In this document: positions 52,443 to 60,846 of the stretch, piece by piece
How the letters are laid out: each line of letters starts with the position of its first letter
How positions within the stretch are numbered: position 1 is the first letter of the stretch
Assembly: GCA_963755915.1 (NCBI GenBank)
Contig: CAVWLP010000002.1
Span: 1,120,001 to 1,184,000, forward strand
Direction: 5' to 3'
Source: an uncultured Phycisphaerales bacterium
Lineage (GTDB): Bacteria > Planctomycetota > Phycisphaerae > Tepidisphaerales > Tepidisphaeraceae
DNA: 64,000 nucleotides
Notes under the pieces: generated by a model
What the model was told of the DNA's origin: nothing
The model's input: only the letters and a program-made list of their open reading frames with translations
Database searches by the model: none
Program-made: the position numbers and the translations under genes

Positions 52443-52472
52443 ATAATAGGAGCATTGACTTTCGAGTCAATG
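52443..52472 (-). promoter_or_regulatory. Promoter with perfect palindromic operator for the RelE/HigA pair
   Basis: CATTGACT-TTCG-AGTCAATG at 52453-52472; minus strand TTGACT-16 nt-TATTAT. Confidence 0.65.
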
Positions 52473-52613
52473 GCAAGTGGTCGATCCAAATTTCCGAGAC
52501 GCCGTCTCGGGAATCCGGCCAGGCGTCAGTCGGACGGCGTTCGCAGTGGAATCCGCAGTGAAACCGAAACCACTCTTGGTTGGGGAGTGTTCCCTCTTGT
52601 ACCCGACCCGCAA

Positions 52614-52979
52614 CTAATTCTGATCCTGCTGCCAGTTCGGATCCCATTCGTACTGCGGCTTCATCATGATGTAGCGCTTGCCGTCTTTCTGGAAGATGAT
52701 GGCCTGGGGGGTGTCGATGACGAAGGTGCCCTTGTTGACGGTGCTGGGAAGGATTTTGCCGGTGGCCTGCAACTGGGCGGAAGTTTGCGTGGCGGCGGCT
52801 TCGAGCTGGTCGATGGCCTGGGTGGTGGCCATCTCCGCCTGGGTGGCGGCGATTGCGGCAGCTTGCTCGGCGGCCTGGGCAGCCAGGGCGGAGGCCACAG
52901 CGCCGCCGGTTTCAGCGCAGGCGGCCAGCACCAGTGCCAGCGCTGCGACGAATACGACAACAAACATTCGGAGGAGCAT
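52614..52979 (-). CDS. Hypothetical exported protein or lipoprotein
   Basis: Hydrophobic signal ending VLAAC; Ala/Gln-rich helix. Confidence 0.65.
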   Translation of the reverse strand: MLLRMFVVVFVAALALVLAACAETGGAVASALAAQAAEQAAAIAATQAEMATTQAIDQLEAAATQTSAQLQATGKILPSTVNKGTFVIDTPQAIIFQKDGKRYIMMKPQYEWDPNWQQDQN

Positions 52980-53025
52980 GCGGGTAGGGGGTATTGTGCC
53001 GGATTGGGGGCGGGGACACAAATAT

Positions 53026-53131
53026 ATTTCCGATTGCCGATTTCCAATTGCCGATTGAAATGCCGAGATGCGTCTTTCATTCGGCAATTGGCAATTGGCA
53101 ATTGGCAATTGGCAATTGGCAATCGGCAATT
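53026..53131. repeat. Inverted tandem-heptamer element (longest copy)
   Basis: ATTTCCG ATTGCCG ATTTCCA ATTGCCG ATTGAAA...TTTCATT followed by seven YGGCAAT units. Confidence 0.9.
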
Positions 53132-53134
53132 CCG

Positions 53135-53890
53135 TCAATTTCCCCCATTCATTCCCGGTCCCGGATTGTATTTATTGGACGGAATGGCCTGGGCCGGTTG
53201 GGTTGCCGCTGTTGCCCCTCCGGGCTCGATAATCATGGTTACCGGCGTGCCGGGGGGTGGGACCAGGTCGGGGTTGAATTCCCATTCGAGGGTCTCGTTG
53301 GCGTTGCTGGCCAATTCGGGAACGTCGATCATCGTCAGGTCGAAATTCACGATGCTGACGACGTAGCCGGTCAGGTCCGCAGCGTAGCGGCCGTCGGGGA
53401 GAAGGCGGGAGCCGTCGAAGACCCAGGTCATTTCGGGCATTTCTTGTTTGGTTTTAACCGAGCGCATCATTCGGCAAGCGCTCACGGTGATGGGGGAGCC
53501 GTGGAGGACGTAGCTGCAGGAGATTTTCAGCGGCGGGCCGGTGGGGGCGTACCAGAGGGATTGGTCGGGGCTGAGATGGGCGGGCTCGCCGGGCGTGAGG
53601 CCGAGGGCGAGCAGGCCGAAGTGGATGTTGGAGGGGCGGGCGTCGGTGCGGAGGACGGTCTCGTGTTCCTGTCCGCCGCGGACGACGCAGAAAAATTCCA
53701 GGGGCATGTGGGCGTTGATCGCTTCGCATTTGACGCGGATCTGGCGGTGCTTGAGGTCGATCTGGACGTTGCGAAGAGGGGGGAGGGATTGATCTGTGGG
53801 TTGGGTGGCGGGCGGAGGCGGATTGTCGTCTGCGCGAAGGGCGGGTGCGAAGGTCAGAAACAACAGGAGAACGGCGGTGGTTCGAAGCAT
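53135..53890 (-). CDS. YdjY-like domain exported protein
   Basis: Signal peptide; LEFFCV...EHETVL, IHFGLLALG..PG, WVFDGS, SIVNF. Confidence 0.72.
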   Translation of the reverse strand: MLRTTAVLLLFLTFAPALRADDNPPPPATQPTDQSLPPLRNVQIDLKHRQIRVKCEAINAHMPLEFFCVVRGGQEHETVLRTDARPSNIHFGLLALGLTPGEPAHLSPDQSLWYAPTGPPLKISCSYVLHGSPITVSACRMMRSVKTKQEMPEMTWVFDGSRLLPDGRYAADLTGYVVSIVNFDLTMIDVPELASNANETLEWEFNPDLVPPPGTPVTMIIEPGGATAATQPAQAIPSNKYNPGPGMNGGN

Positions 53891-53958
53891 ACCTCATTAG
53901 TGTATGCCGAGAGACGCGCGGCGAGCAAAATAGTTGGGTCGATCGGATAACGGTTTTG

Positions 53959-53997
53959 CCCTTACCCCAACCCTCTCCCGGCTCACCGGGAGAGGGG
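53959..53997. repeat. REP-like palindrome, CCCTCTCCC family
   Basis: CCCTTACCCCAACCCTCTCCCGGCTCACCGGGAGAGGGG. Confidence 0.85.
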
Positions 53998-54024
53998 CAG
54001 GACGAGCGGTGGTGTGGTCGAGAT

Positions 54025-54456
54025 TCAGCGGTCTTGAGTTTCGTTGGTTTTGTCGACGAAGAATTCCATCTGGTCGCGATTGAAATGGAGCGCGCCTTCG
54101 TACCAGCCAGGGGCGGCAACGCGGCAGCGGTAGAGGGTGCAGGGAATCGCCAGGGTTTTGTTTGAGCTGGGAGCCTGCATGCGGACGATGCCGCCGTAGC
54201 CGAGGGGGAGACGCTCGCGGGTGACGAAGCCGATCCCCCGGTGGTTGGCATCGCGGGTGTAGAGAACGCGAGCGGGACCGCCCGGGGAATCGGCGAAAAG
54301 CCAGAGGAGGGCTTTGACGCGAAACGCGGCTCTCGCGTGTTCGCGGCGCTCGTCGTTCCATGAGCCCGCTTCCAGGGCGGTCATGACCATCCCCGCTTCC
54401 AGGGGCCACGCAGCGTTTTCTCCGTGCAGTTCCGTACTTTCTGTTGGCGCGATCAT
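54025..54456 (-). CDS. PilZ-like domain protein
   Basis: ERREHAR (RxxxR) and RDANHRGIGF (DxSxxG-like); AAGGAG RBS. Confidence 0.7.
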   Translation of the reverse strand: MIAPTESTELHGENAAWPLEAGMVMTALEAGSWNDERREHARAAFRVKALLWLFADSPGGPARVLYTRDANHRGIGFVTRERLPLGYGGIVRMQAPSSNKTLAIPCTLYRCRVAAPGWYEGALHFNRDQMEFFVDKTNETQDR

Positions 54457-54537
54457 CAGACTTCTCCTTGAACCTGAAACTACGATACATTTGCCGGGGA
54501 AAACAAATGGGGGTGGGGAATTGTGGGGGTCCGATAA

Positions 54538-54664
54538 AAACCAGAAATCCGAAACCAGAAACCAGAAACCAGAATGAAATCCGAATGACCGAATGACGAA
54601 TGGGCGACTGCCATTCGGGTTTCGTCATTCGGACATTGATTCGGAATTCTGGTTTCTGGTTTCG
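54538..54664. repeat. Inverted tandem-heptamer element, GAAACCA/GAATGAC variant
   Basis: (GAAACCA)n...GAATGACCGAATGACGAA...TTCGTCATTCG...TTCTGGTTTCTGGTTTCG. Confidence 0.85.
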
Positions 54665-54677
54665 ACAATAGGCTCTT

Positions 54678-54706
54678 TTGACAGTGTGTTAAGGGGGTTC
54701 TACATT
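54678..54706 (+). promoter_or_regulatory. Sigma70 promoter, probably giving a leaderless mRNA
   Basis: TTGACA-17 nt-TACATT-6 nt-ATG(54713). Confidence 0.7.
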
Positions 54707-54712
54707 TCGACG

Positions 54713-55246
54713 ATGCGAATCCTTGGGCGTGTGCTGGCGGTTCTGGCGCTTCCTCTCGTGTCGGCATGTTCACTGAATCCCGCGCCGGCGCCGCGGACGG
54801 CGGAGGAGAGCCAGCTCTTTGGTCCGGTTTCGATGAAGCTGGACACGTTTTCGAAAGTGAAGGACTGGACGGGGAGCGGAACGCCAAGCGGCGTCGAGGC
54901 GCTGATCGAATTTGACGACCGCTTTGGCGACCGAACCAAGGCTGCGGGAACTGTGGTTTTCGAGCTTTACGATTATCGGCCCTACTGGCCGGACCCGCGC
55001 GGGGACCGGCTGGCCAGTCCGTGGACGGGGGCACTGCTCACTTACGAGCAGCAGAAGGCGCACTGGGAGACGGCCAGCGGGGCGTATCTGTTTCGGCTGG
55101 TGTTCGACCATGCGATGTGGAATCACAGTTATGTTTTAGACGCGACATTTCAATCGGGCGGCGGGACGCGTTTTTTTTCACAGATCGTCCTCCCACCGCA
55201 ACTGCCGGAGAATCGGGAGTCAAGCACCAGTGCCAGCGTCCCCTAG
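54713..55246 (+). CDS. Putative lipoprotein
   Basis: MRILGRVLAVLALPLVSAC lipobox; DRFGDRTKAAG..FELY. Confidence 0.75.
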   Translation: MRILGRVLAVLALPLVSACSLNPAPAPRTAEESQLFGPVSMKLDTFSKVKDWTGSGTPSGVEALIEFDDRFGDRTKAAGTVVFELYDYRPYWPDPRGDRLASPWTGALLTYEQQKAHWETASGAYLFRLVFDHAMWNHSYVLDATFQSGGGTRFFSQIVLPPQLPENRESSTSASVP

Positions 55247-55262
55247 CGTGAACCTTTGCGAG

Positions 55263-56692
55263 ATGGAGCCTGTGGCGACGCTGCTGAAGCGGCTGCGGGC
55301 GGAGCTGTCGCACGACTTTGCGCGGGGCAAACAGATTCGCGTGAGCCGGGCGCCCGGGCGGCTGGACGTGATGGGGGGGATCGCGGATTACACGGGGTCG
55401 CTGGTTTGCGAGGCGACGCTGGACCGCGCGGCGGCGGTGGCCGTGCAGGGACGCGACGACCGGCAGGTGCAGGTTTTCTCGTTCAATCTGTTTGACGATC
55501 ATCAGGCATTTACGTTTCGGATTCCGCTGGAAGCGCTGGCGGAGACGCCGATCGAAACGCTGCGCACAGAACTGGGACAGCCGGGGCGGAGGTGGGCGGG
55601 TTATCTCGTCGGGTGCCTGGCGATTTTGCATCAGCGCAAGCTTTTGGATTTGAAGAATCCGGCGATTGGGGGAATCAATTTGGCGCTGCTGAGCAATGTG
55701 CCGCTGGGGGCGGGGGTGAGCAGCTCGGCGGCGATCGAAGTGGCGGCGATGATGAATTTCATGGATCACCTGGGGATCAGGCGGGACGACCCGATGCTGC
55801 TGGCGTCGATGTGCCAGGAGGTGGAGAATCGGGTGGTGGGGGCGCCCTGCGGGATCATGGACCAGGTGAGCAGTTGCCTGGGTGCGGAAAATTCGCTGCT
55901 GAGGATGATCTGCCAGCCGCACGAGCTTCAGCCGACGCTGCGCCTGCCGGAGGGGATCAGGGTCGTCGGCATCAACAGCGCGGTGAAACACAGCATCGGC
56001 GGCGGGATGTACGGCAAAACGCGCTGTGCGGCGTTCATGGGGCACAAGATCATGCTGGAAAAAATGCGCGAGATGGGGAAGACGAATGGAGCGGTTTTAG
56101 TGTCGGACCCGATGCGCGGCTACCTGGCGAACCTCGACCCGGAGGATTACAAGAAATTTTTCCGGCCCCATCTTCCAAATCAGGTTGAAGGGAAGGTTTT
56201 CCTGGCGCAGTACGGCGGAACACACGACACCGCGACGAAGGTGGAGGTGGAGCATACTTATCACGTGCTGCAGGCGAGCGACCATCACGTGCTGGAGGCG
56301 ATGCGGGTGCGGAATTTCGTGCATCACCTCGAGACGGCCGCAGAGATGCCGGCGGGATCGGCGCAGCGGAAATTGCCGCTCGATAAGGCGGGACATTTAA
56401 TGTACGGCTCGCATGTTTCGTATACGAACGACGCGCTGCTGGGGGCGGATGAATGTGACATGCTGGTGCAGGCGGTTCGACAGCGCGAGCACGCGGGGCT
56501 TTATGGCGCGAAAATCACCGGCGGAGGGAGCGGGGGGACGGTGGCGGTGCTGGCGGATATTTCGCCCCGCGCCGATGATGCGATCGCGCAGATTCTCAAG
56601 GAATATGAGAAGGAGTCGGGCGCAGGCCGGAGGCGTTTACGGGGACGAGTCCGGGGGCTTGGGAAGTGGGGACGAAAGAGATTGTGATTTGA
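55263..56692 (+). CDS. GHMP sugar kinase resembling the kinase domain of plant L-arabinokinase; homopolymer frameshift near 56620
   Basis: RAPGRLDVMGGIADYTGSLV, VPLGAGVSSSAA, VVGAPCGIMDQ, LYGAKITGGGSGGTV. Confidence 0.88.
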
Positions 56693-56722
56693 ATGCCGAT
56701 TGCCGATTGCCAAATGCCGAAT
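56691..56722. repeat. One-armed tandem heptamer tract at the kinase stop codon
   Basis: AATGCCG ATTGCCG ATTGCCA AATGCCG. Confidence 0.8.
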
Positions 56723-56739
56723 GAGAATGTGGGGAGCGC

Positions 56740-57756
56740 GTGAACATCAAGGATTCCAAAGCGATTCTGGATCGGCTGCTGGCGTTTCAGCGCAACGTGC
56801 AGGATTTGATTCTCAAATTGCGCGGCGCTTCCGGGCATAACGAGATCGGGCGATCGAGCGCGGCGGATACCATTTACAAAATTGATGCGGAGGTCGATCC
56901 GATCCTGGAATCGTTTTGCGAGGAATGGGGACGGCAGACGCCGATTGTCGTGATCGCGGAGGGGCTGGTGGGCGAGGATGGAGAGGAAGTCGACCGGCGA
57001 GTGTTCCCGGCGTCGGCGTCGGAATCGCAGGCGACCCTGCGGGTGATTTTCGATCCGATCGACGGGACCCGCGGGATCATGTACGACAAGCGGCCGGCGT
57101 GGTCGCTGGCGGGGGTGGCGCCGAACAAGGGGCCGGGGACGAGCTTGCGGGATATTGAGATTGCGGTGATGACGGAATTGCCAACGAGCAAATCCGGGTT
57201 TGCGGATTGCCTTTGGGCGGTGAAAGGAGGGGGGACGAAGGCGACGCGCACTGATTTGCGCAGCGGCGATTCGCAGCCGCTGGCATTGCGGCCTTCGGGT
57301 GCGACGACCATCAATCATGGGTTCGCCACGATCACGAATTTTTTCCCGGGGACGAAAGTGCTGGCGGGGGAACTGACGGAATATCTGGCTGCGAACCTGA
57401 TCGGCCCGGCGGATGTGACGCGGGCGACGGTGTTTGAGGATCAATATATTTCGACCGGCGGGCAGCTTTATGAGGTGATCGTGGGTCACGACCGGTTTAT
57501 TGCCGATCTGCGGCCGCTGTTTTACCGGATTCAGAATCAGCCGGAGGGGTTGTCTTGCCATCCGTACGACTGCGCGACCTGGCTGGTGGCGGAGGAGGCG
57601 GGGGTGATTCTGACGGATGGATTGGGCAAGCCGCTGGATGGGCCGCTGGATGTGACGACGGGGATTTCCTGGGCGGCGTATGCGAATCCCGCGCTACGGG
57701 CGGCGATTGAGCCGATTCTCACGAAGTTTCTGGGCGAAAGGCTCGCCGGACGATAG
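56740..57756 (+). CDS. Inositol monophosphatase / FIG-superfamily phosphatase
   Basis: DTIYKID, IAEG, FDPIDGTRG, HPYDCA..LVAEEAGVILTD. Confidence 0.85.
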   Translation: MNIKDSKAILDRLLAFQRNVQDLILKLRGASGHNEIGRSSAADTIYKIDAEVDPILESFCEEWGRQTPIVVIAEGLVGEDGEEVDRRVFPASASESQATLRVIFDPIDGTRGIMYDKRPAWSLAGVAPNKGPGTSLRDIEIAVMTELPTSKSGFADCLWAVKGGGTKATRTDLRSGDSQPLALRPSGATTINHGFATITNFFPGTKVLAGELTEYLAANLIGPADVTRATVFEDQYISTGGQLYEVIVGHDRFIADLRPLFYRIQNQPEGLSCHPYDCATWLVAEEAGVILTDGLGKPLDGPLDVTTGISWAAYANPALRAAIEPILTKFLGERLAGR

Positions 57757-57849
57757 GTTAAAAAAGTTTGCGTCTCGATCCAAAATGGCTGCTGAGTCGC
57801 GCCCCATCAGTTTTTCCCATGATCGGCACGATCGGCATTCGGCAGGCCA

Positions 57850-58380
57850 TTAGCCGCCGGCGCCGCCGCGAGCCGGCGAAATCTCATACCCGCCGATTTC
57901 CAAATTGGGATACTGGTCGCCGATTTCCCTCTTCAGGTCTCGAACTAAGCCTTCGTAAGCTTCTACGGGAATCGAGGACGCAGAGAGGCAATTGAGGCCC
58001 TTTGGAAAGGGTGCCGTGGTGAAAAAGAGTGTCACACTATTTGAAAAACCCTTGAAAGCACCGAAGCGAACGATCCGTGACCACGGCACAAATTTCTGCG
58101 TCCATGGAATGAGCGGTCGATTCATTAATATTCCACTGGCTTCGATTTTGACCAACACCTCCTGATCCAGAATGACGCCTACGAGAGCCGTCAAAAAAAC
58201 GTACAAGAACCCCAGTCCCACGGTGATCGGAATAAATGGCCACGGACAATGGTAACGCAGAAAGAAGACCGTTACTCCCACGGCGAGCGCCGTGAGGACA
58301 AGACAAGCCACGCCTCGCGCGGATCGGTAGCGCATGCCCAGCACGTAAATAGGCCGAGAATAGTCCAGCGTCGTTGCCAA
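57850..58380 (-). CDS. Hypothetical membrane protein (lower GC, PH-like C-terminus)
   Basis: Two helices then VKIEASGI...FVPWSRI; TTG start. Confidence 0.6.
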   Translation of the reverse strand: MATTLDYSRPIYVLGMRYRSARGVACLVLTALAVGVTVFFLRYHCPWPFIPITVGLGFLYVFLTALVGVILDQEVLVKIEASGILMNRPLIPWTQKFVPWSRIVRFGAFKGFSNSVTLFFTTAPFPKGLNCLSASSIPVEAYEGLVRDLKREIGDQYPNLEIGGYEISPARGGAGG

Positions 58381-58477
58381 TTGTGCCTGCGCTTTCGGCG
58401 ATATTGTAAATAGCCTGTCTTGATACAGAAAGTGGCCCGGTCGGTGCCAAATTCGTCGATTTGCAATCAGGGCGCGG

Positions 58478-59584
58478 CTAGTGCATGTGGTTGAAGATCG
58501 CCAGCAGGATCATCAATGCCGCCACGATTCCAGCGACTAACATCGCGATCTTGATGGCGCTATACGGCCGCTCACCCTGCACGGCGCCGGTCCGGGCATT
58601 TACCAGAAATCGAAACGTCCGCTCGTTGTAGTGATAGGCGCTGATCCACAGCGGCAGAAGAATGTGGCGGAAGAAGATGTCGAAATAGCGGCTCTCCATG
58701 CCGGCGATCTGCTGGTGGTCGCCGCCGATGTCGCGGCAGATGGTTCGCTGGATTTCGGGAGCCATGATTTGCTTGGCGGATTCGAATCCCTGGCCGAGAT
58801 CGATCTGGTAGCTCTGGCAGGCCATGCCGCTGATAAACTCGTCGGCGTAGGGGACGATGTGGCCAAGGTCCCAGGGCTGGAGATGGTCGGCCTGTTTGGC
58901 TGGCAGCGATTGCGTGGCGAGGACGAGCAGATCGCGGAAGCGGTTGTCGACGGCGCCGCTGACGTGCGTCCAGCGCGTGCGTGTGACGGGGCGCTCGCGG
59001 GTTTCGGGGTGGCCGTTGACAATTTCGGTGTAGGTTTCCATGACCGTGTAGTCGTCGCCGCGCTGGCCGGTGTAGGCGGTTTGGGCGGCGGCGTCGTAGG
59101 TCCAGCAGGGAATGTAAGCGCCGTCGATGCCGGCCTGATCGGATCGCTTCGACAGGTCGCTCGGGGCGAACCAGAGGCTGGAGATCCACTGCCGGAAAAG
59201 GGTATTTGCCTGGGCCTTGTTGACGAGGAAGGGGAGCAGGCCGCCGGGCTTGATCAGTTTTTTCGATTGGCCTTGGGCGACGACGGGAGCGCCGCAGAAG
59301 GCGCATCGGCCGGCGGTGACGTCCTGGGCCAGATGCGTTTCAGCGCCGCAGTTGTCGCAGCGAACCACGACGGCGTCGTGGATTTCCGTCGCGCCGGCGA
59401 GCTCCTGCTGATAGACGTTGAAATCGAGGAGGGGGACGAATCCTTTGGGGGCGGTGATGGTGTTGGTCGTTCCGCAGTAGGGGCAGACGAGGGAATCGGT
59501 GCCGGGCTGGAACTGGAGTTTCGCGCCGCACTTGGTGCAGGGAAACTGTCGCGCAGCTTCGGCGGTGGCGATGGAGTCAGCCAT
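58478..59584 (-). CDS. Zinc-ribbon membrane-anchored protein (YdjG-like)
   Basis: Four CxxC pairs; ILLPLWI..Y, FLVNARTGAVQGERP; C-terminal helix. Confidence 0.85.
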   Translation of the reverse strand: MADSIATAEAARQFPCTKCGAKLQFQPGTDSLVCPYCGTTNTITAPKGFVPLLDFNVYQQELAGATEIHDAVVVRCDNCGAETHLAQDVTAGRCAFCGAPVVAQGQSKKLIKPGGLLPFLVNKAQANTLFRQWISSLWFAPSDLSKRSDQAGIDGAYIPCWTYDAAAQTAYTGQRGDDYTVMETYTEIVNGHPETRERPVTRTRWTHVSGAVDNRFRDLLVLATQSLPAKQADHLQPWDLGHIVPYADEFISGMACQSYQIDLGQGFESAKQIMAPEIQRTICRDIGGDHQQIAGMESRYFDIFFRHILLPLWISAYHYNERTFRFLVNARTGAVQGERPYSAIKIAMLVAGIVAALMILLAIFNHMH

Positions 59585-59599
59585 GTGGGAGCGCGGGGC

Positions 59600-60688
59600 T
59601 TATGCTTTTGGCAGCGGCGGCGGGACCGATCCAAAAACGCTCGACAATTCCGGCACCGATTCAGCCGGGCTCCAGGAGGACATTCCCTGCCGCCAGACCA
59701 GCGTCTGTCGCGTGAACTGTCCAGAAGCGGCCTGCGAGGAGAGATCGGCGACCGAATGCGGACCCGACTGCTGGCCGTTAATCGCGGTATAGAACGCAGC
59801 CGGCTGCGGAACCGGCGGCGGTGAATTTGCGGCAGCGCCGAAGGCCTGGCCCATCTGGCCCGCCATCTGGAATCCCGCGGCAAGGCCCGCCCCCGCGCCG
59901 GCAAGCCCGCCGGGATTCTTGGCGGCGTCGCGGATCGCGCTGGCGCTTTCATACTGCGTGTACTGCTGCATGTTCCCGATCACACCCATGCTGCTCCGCT
60001 TGTCGATGGCCGCTTCCACTTCCGGCGGCAGCGAAATGTTTTCGATCAAAAAGTTGCAGATCTGAAGCCCGAAGACGTCGAAGTCCGGCTGGATGGAAGC
60101 CGAGGCCCAGCGGCTCACCTTGTCGTAATTTCCCGCCAGGTCGAGCACGGGCATCTTGTTGTTCCCCAGCGCATCGGCGAATCGCGAGACGACCATGTCG
60201 CGCAACTGCTGCTCGATTTCATCGACGGTGAACCGTGCCTCGGTGTCGGCGATATTCTTGATGAACGCGCCGGCGTCTTTGACCTTGATGGCAAACGACC
60301 CGAAGGCGCGGATGCGCACCGGGCCGAATTCCGGATCGCGCATCATGATGGGGTTCTGCGTTCCCCATTTTTTGTCGGTGAAGGTGCGCGTGGAGACGAA
60401 ATAGACCTCGGCCTTGAAGGGGCTGTTGAACCCGTATTTCCAGCCGGCGAGGGTGGAGAGAATCGGCAGGTTCTGGGTCTGGAGCGTGAAGGTGCCCGGC
60501 TGGAAGACGTCGGCAAGCTGCCCCTGAAGCACGAACGCCGCGACCTGCGATTCGCGGACGATGAGCTGCGCGCCGTTCTTGATCTCGTTTTCGTAGCGGG
60601 GGAATCGCCAGACCATCGTATCGCGGGAATCGTCCGTCCACTCGACGATGTCGATCAACTGGCTGCGGAGTTTGTCGAAAATGCCCAT
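59600..60688 (-). CDS. SPFH-domain protein with C-terminal GYF_2/DUF4339-like domain (YdjI-like)
   Basis: IKNGAQLIVRESQ, FNSPFKAEVYF, KWGT.NP, ENISLP; NGQQSGP...TLVWRQGMSSW. Confidence 0.88.
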   Translation of the reverse strand: MGIFDKLRSQLIDIVEWTDDSRDTMVWRFPRYENEIKNGAQLIVRESQVAAFVLQGQLADVFQPGTFTLQTQNLPILSTLAGWKYGFNSPFKAEVYFVSTRTFTDKKWGTQNPIMMRDPEFGPVRIRAFGSFAIKVKDAGAFIKNIADTEARFTVDEIEQQLRDMVVSRFADALGNNKMPVLDLAGNYDKVSRWASASIQPDFDVFGLQICNFLIENISLPPEVEAAIDKRSSMGVIGNMQQYTQYESASAIRDAAKNPGGLAGAGAGLAAGFQMAGQMGQAFGAAANSPPPVPQPAAFYTAINGQQSGPHSVADLSSQAASGQFTRQTLVWRQGMSSWSPAESVPELSSVFGSVPPPLPKA

Positions 60689-60810
60689 GTCTTTCTCCTG
60701 GTGGAAATTACTGTGGGATAATACCAGAGCCGACGGGGCTGGACAAAAACCGCAGTTGTTATAAATGCGTGGAAATTCTCAACCATCGAGATTTTGAGTT
60801 GGCCACGAAA

Positions 60811-60833
60811 CGGCCCACAAGTGGGCCGGCTAC
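60811..60833. repeat. Canonical GTAG-type REP
   Basis: Minus strand GTAG-CCGGCCCAC-TT-GTGGGCCG. Confidence 0.75.
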
Positions 60834-60846
60834 ACGGTTTTTTCGT

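Noticed and set aside
52480-52612. Structured ncRNA upstream of the toxin promoter
   Set aside because: Only short hairpins; no family I can recognise without a covariance search
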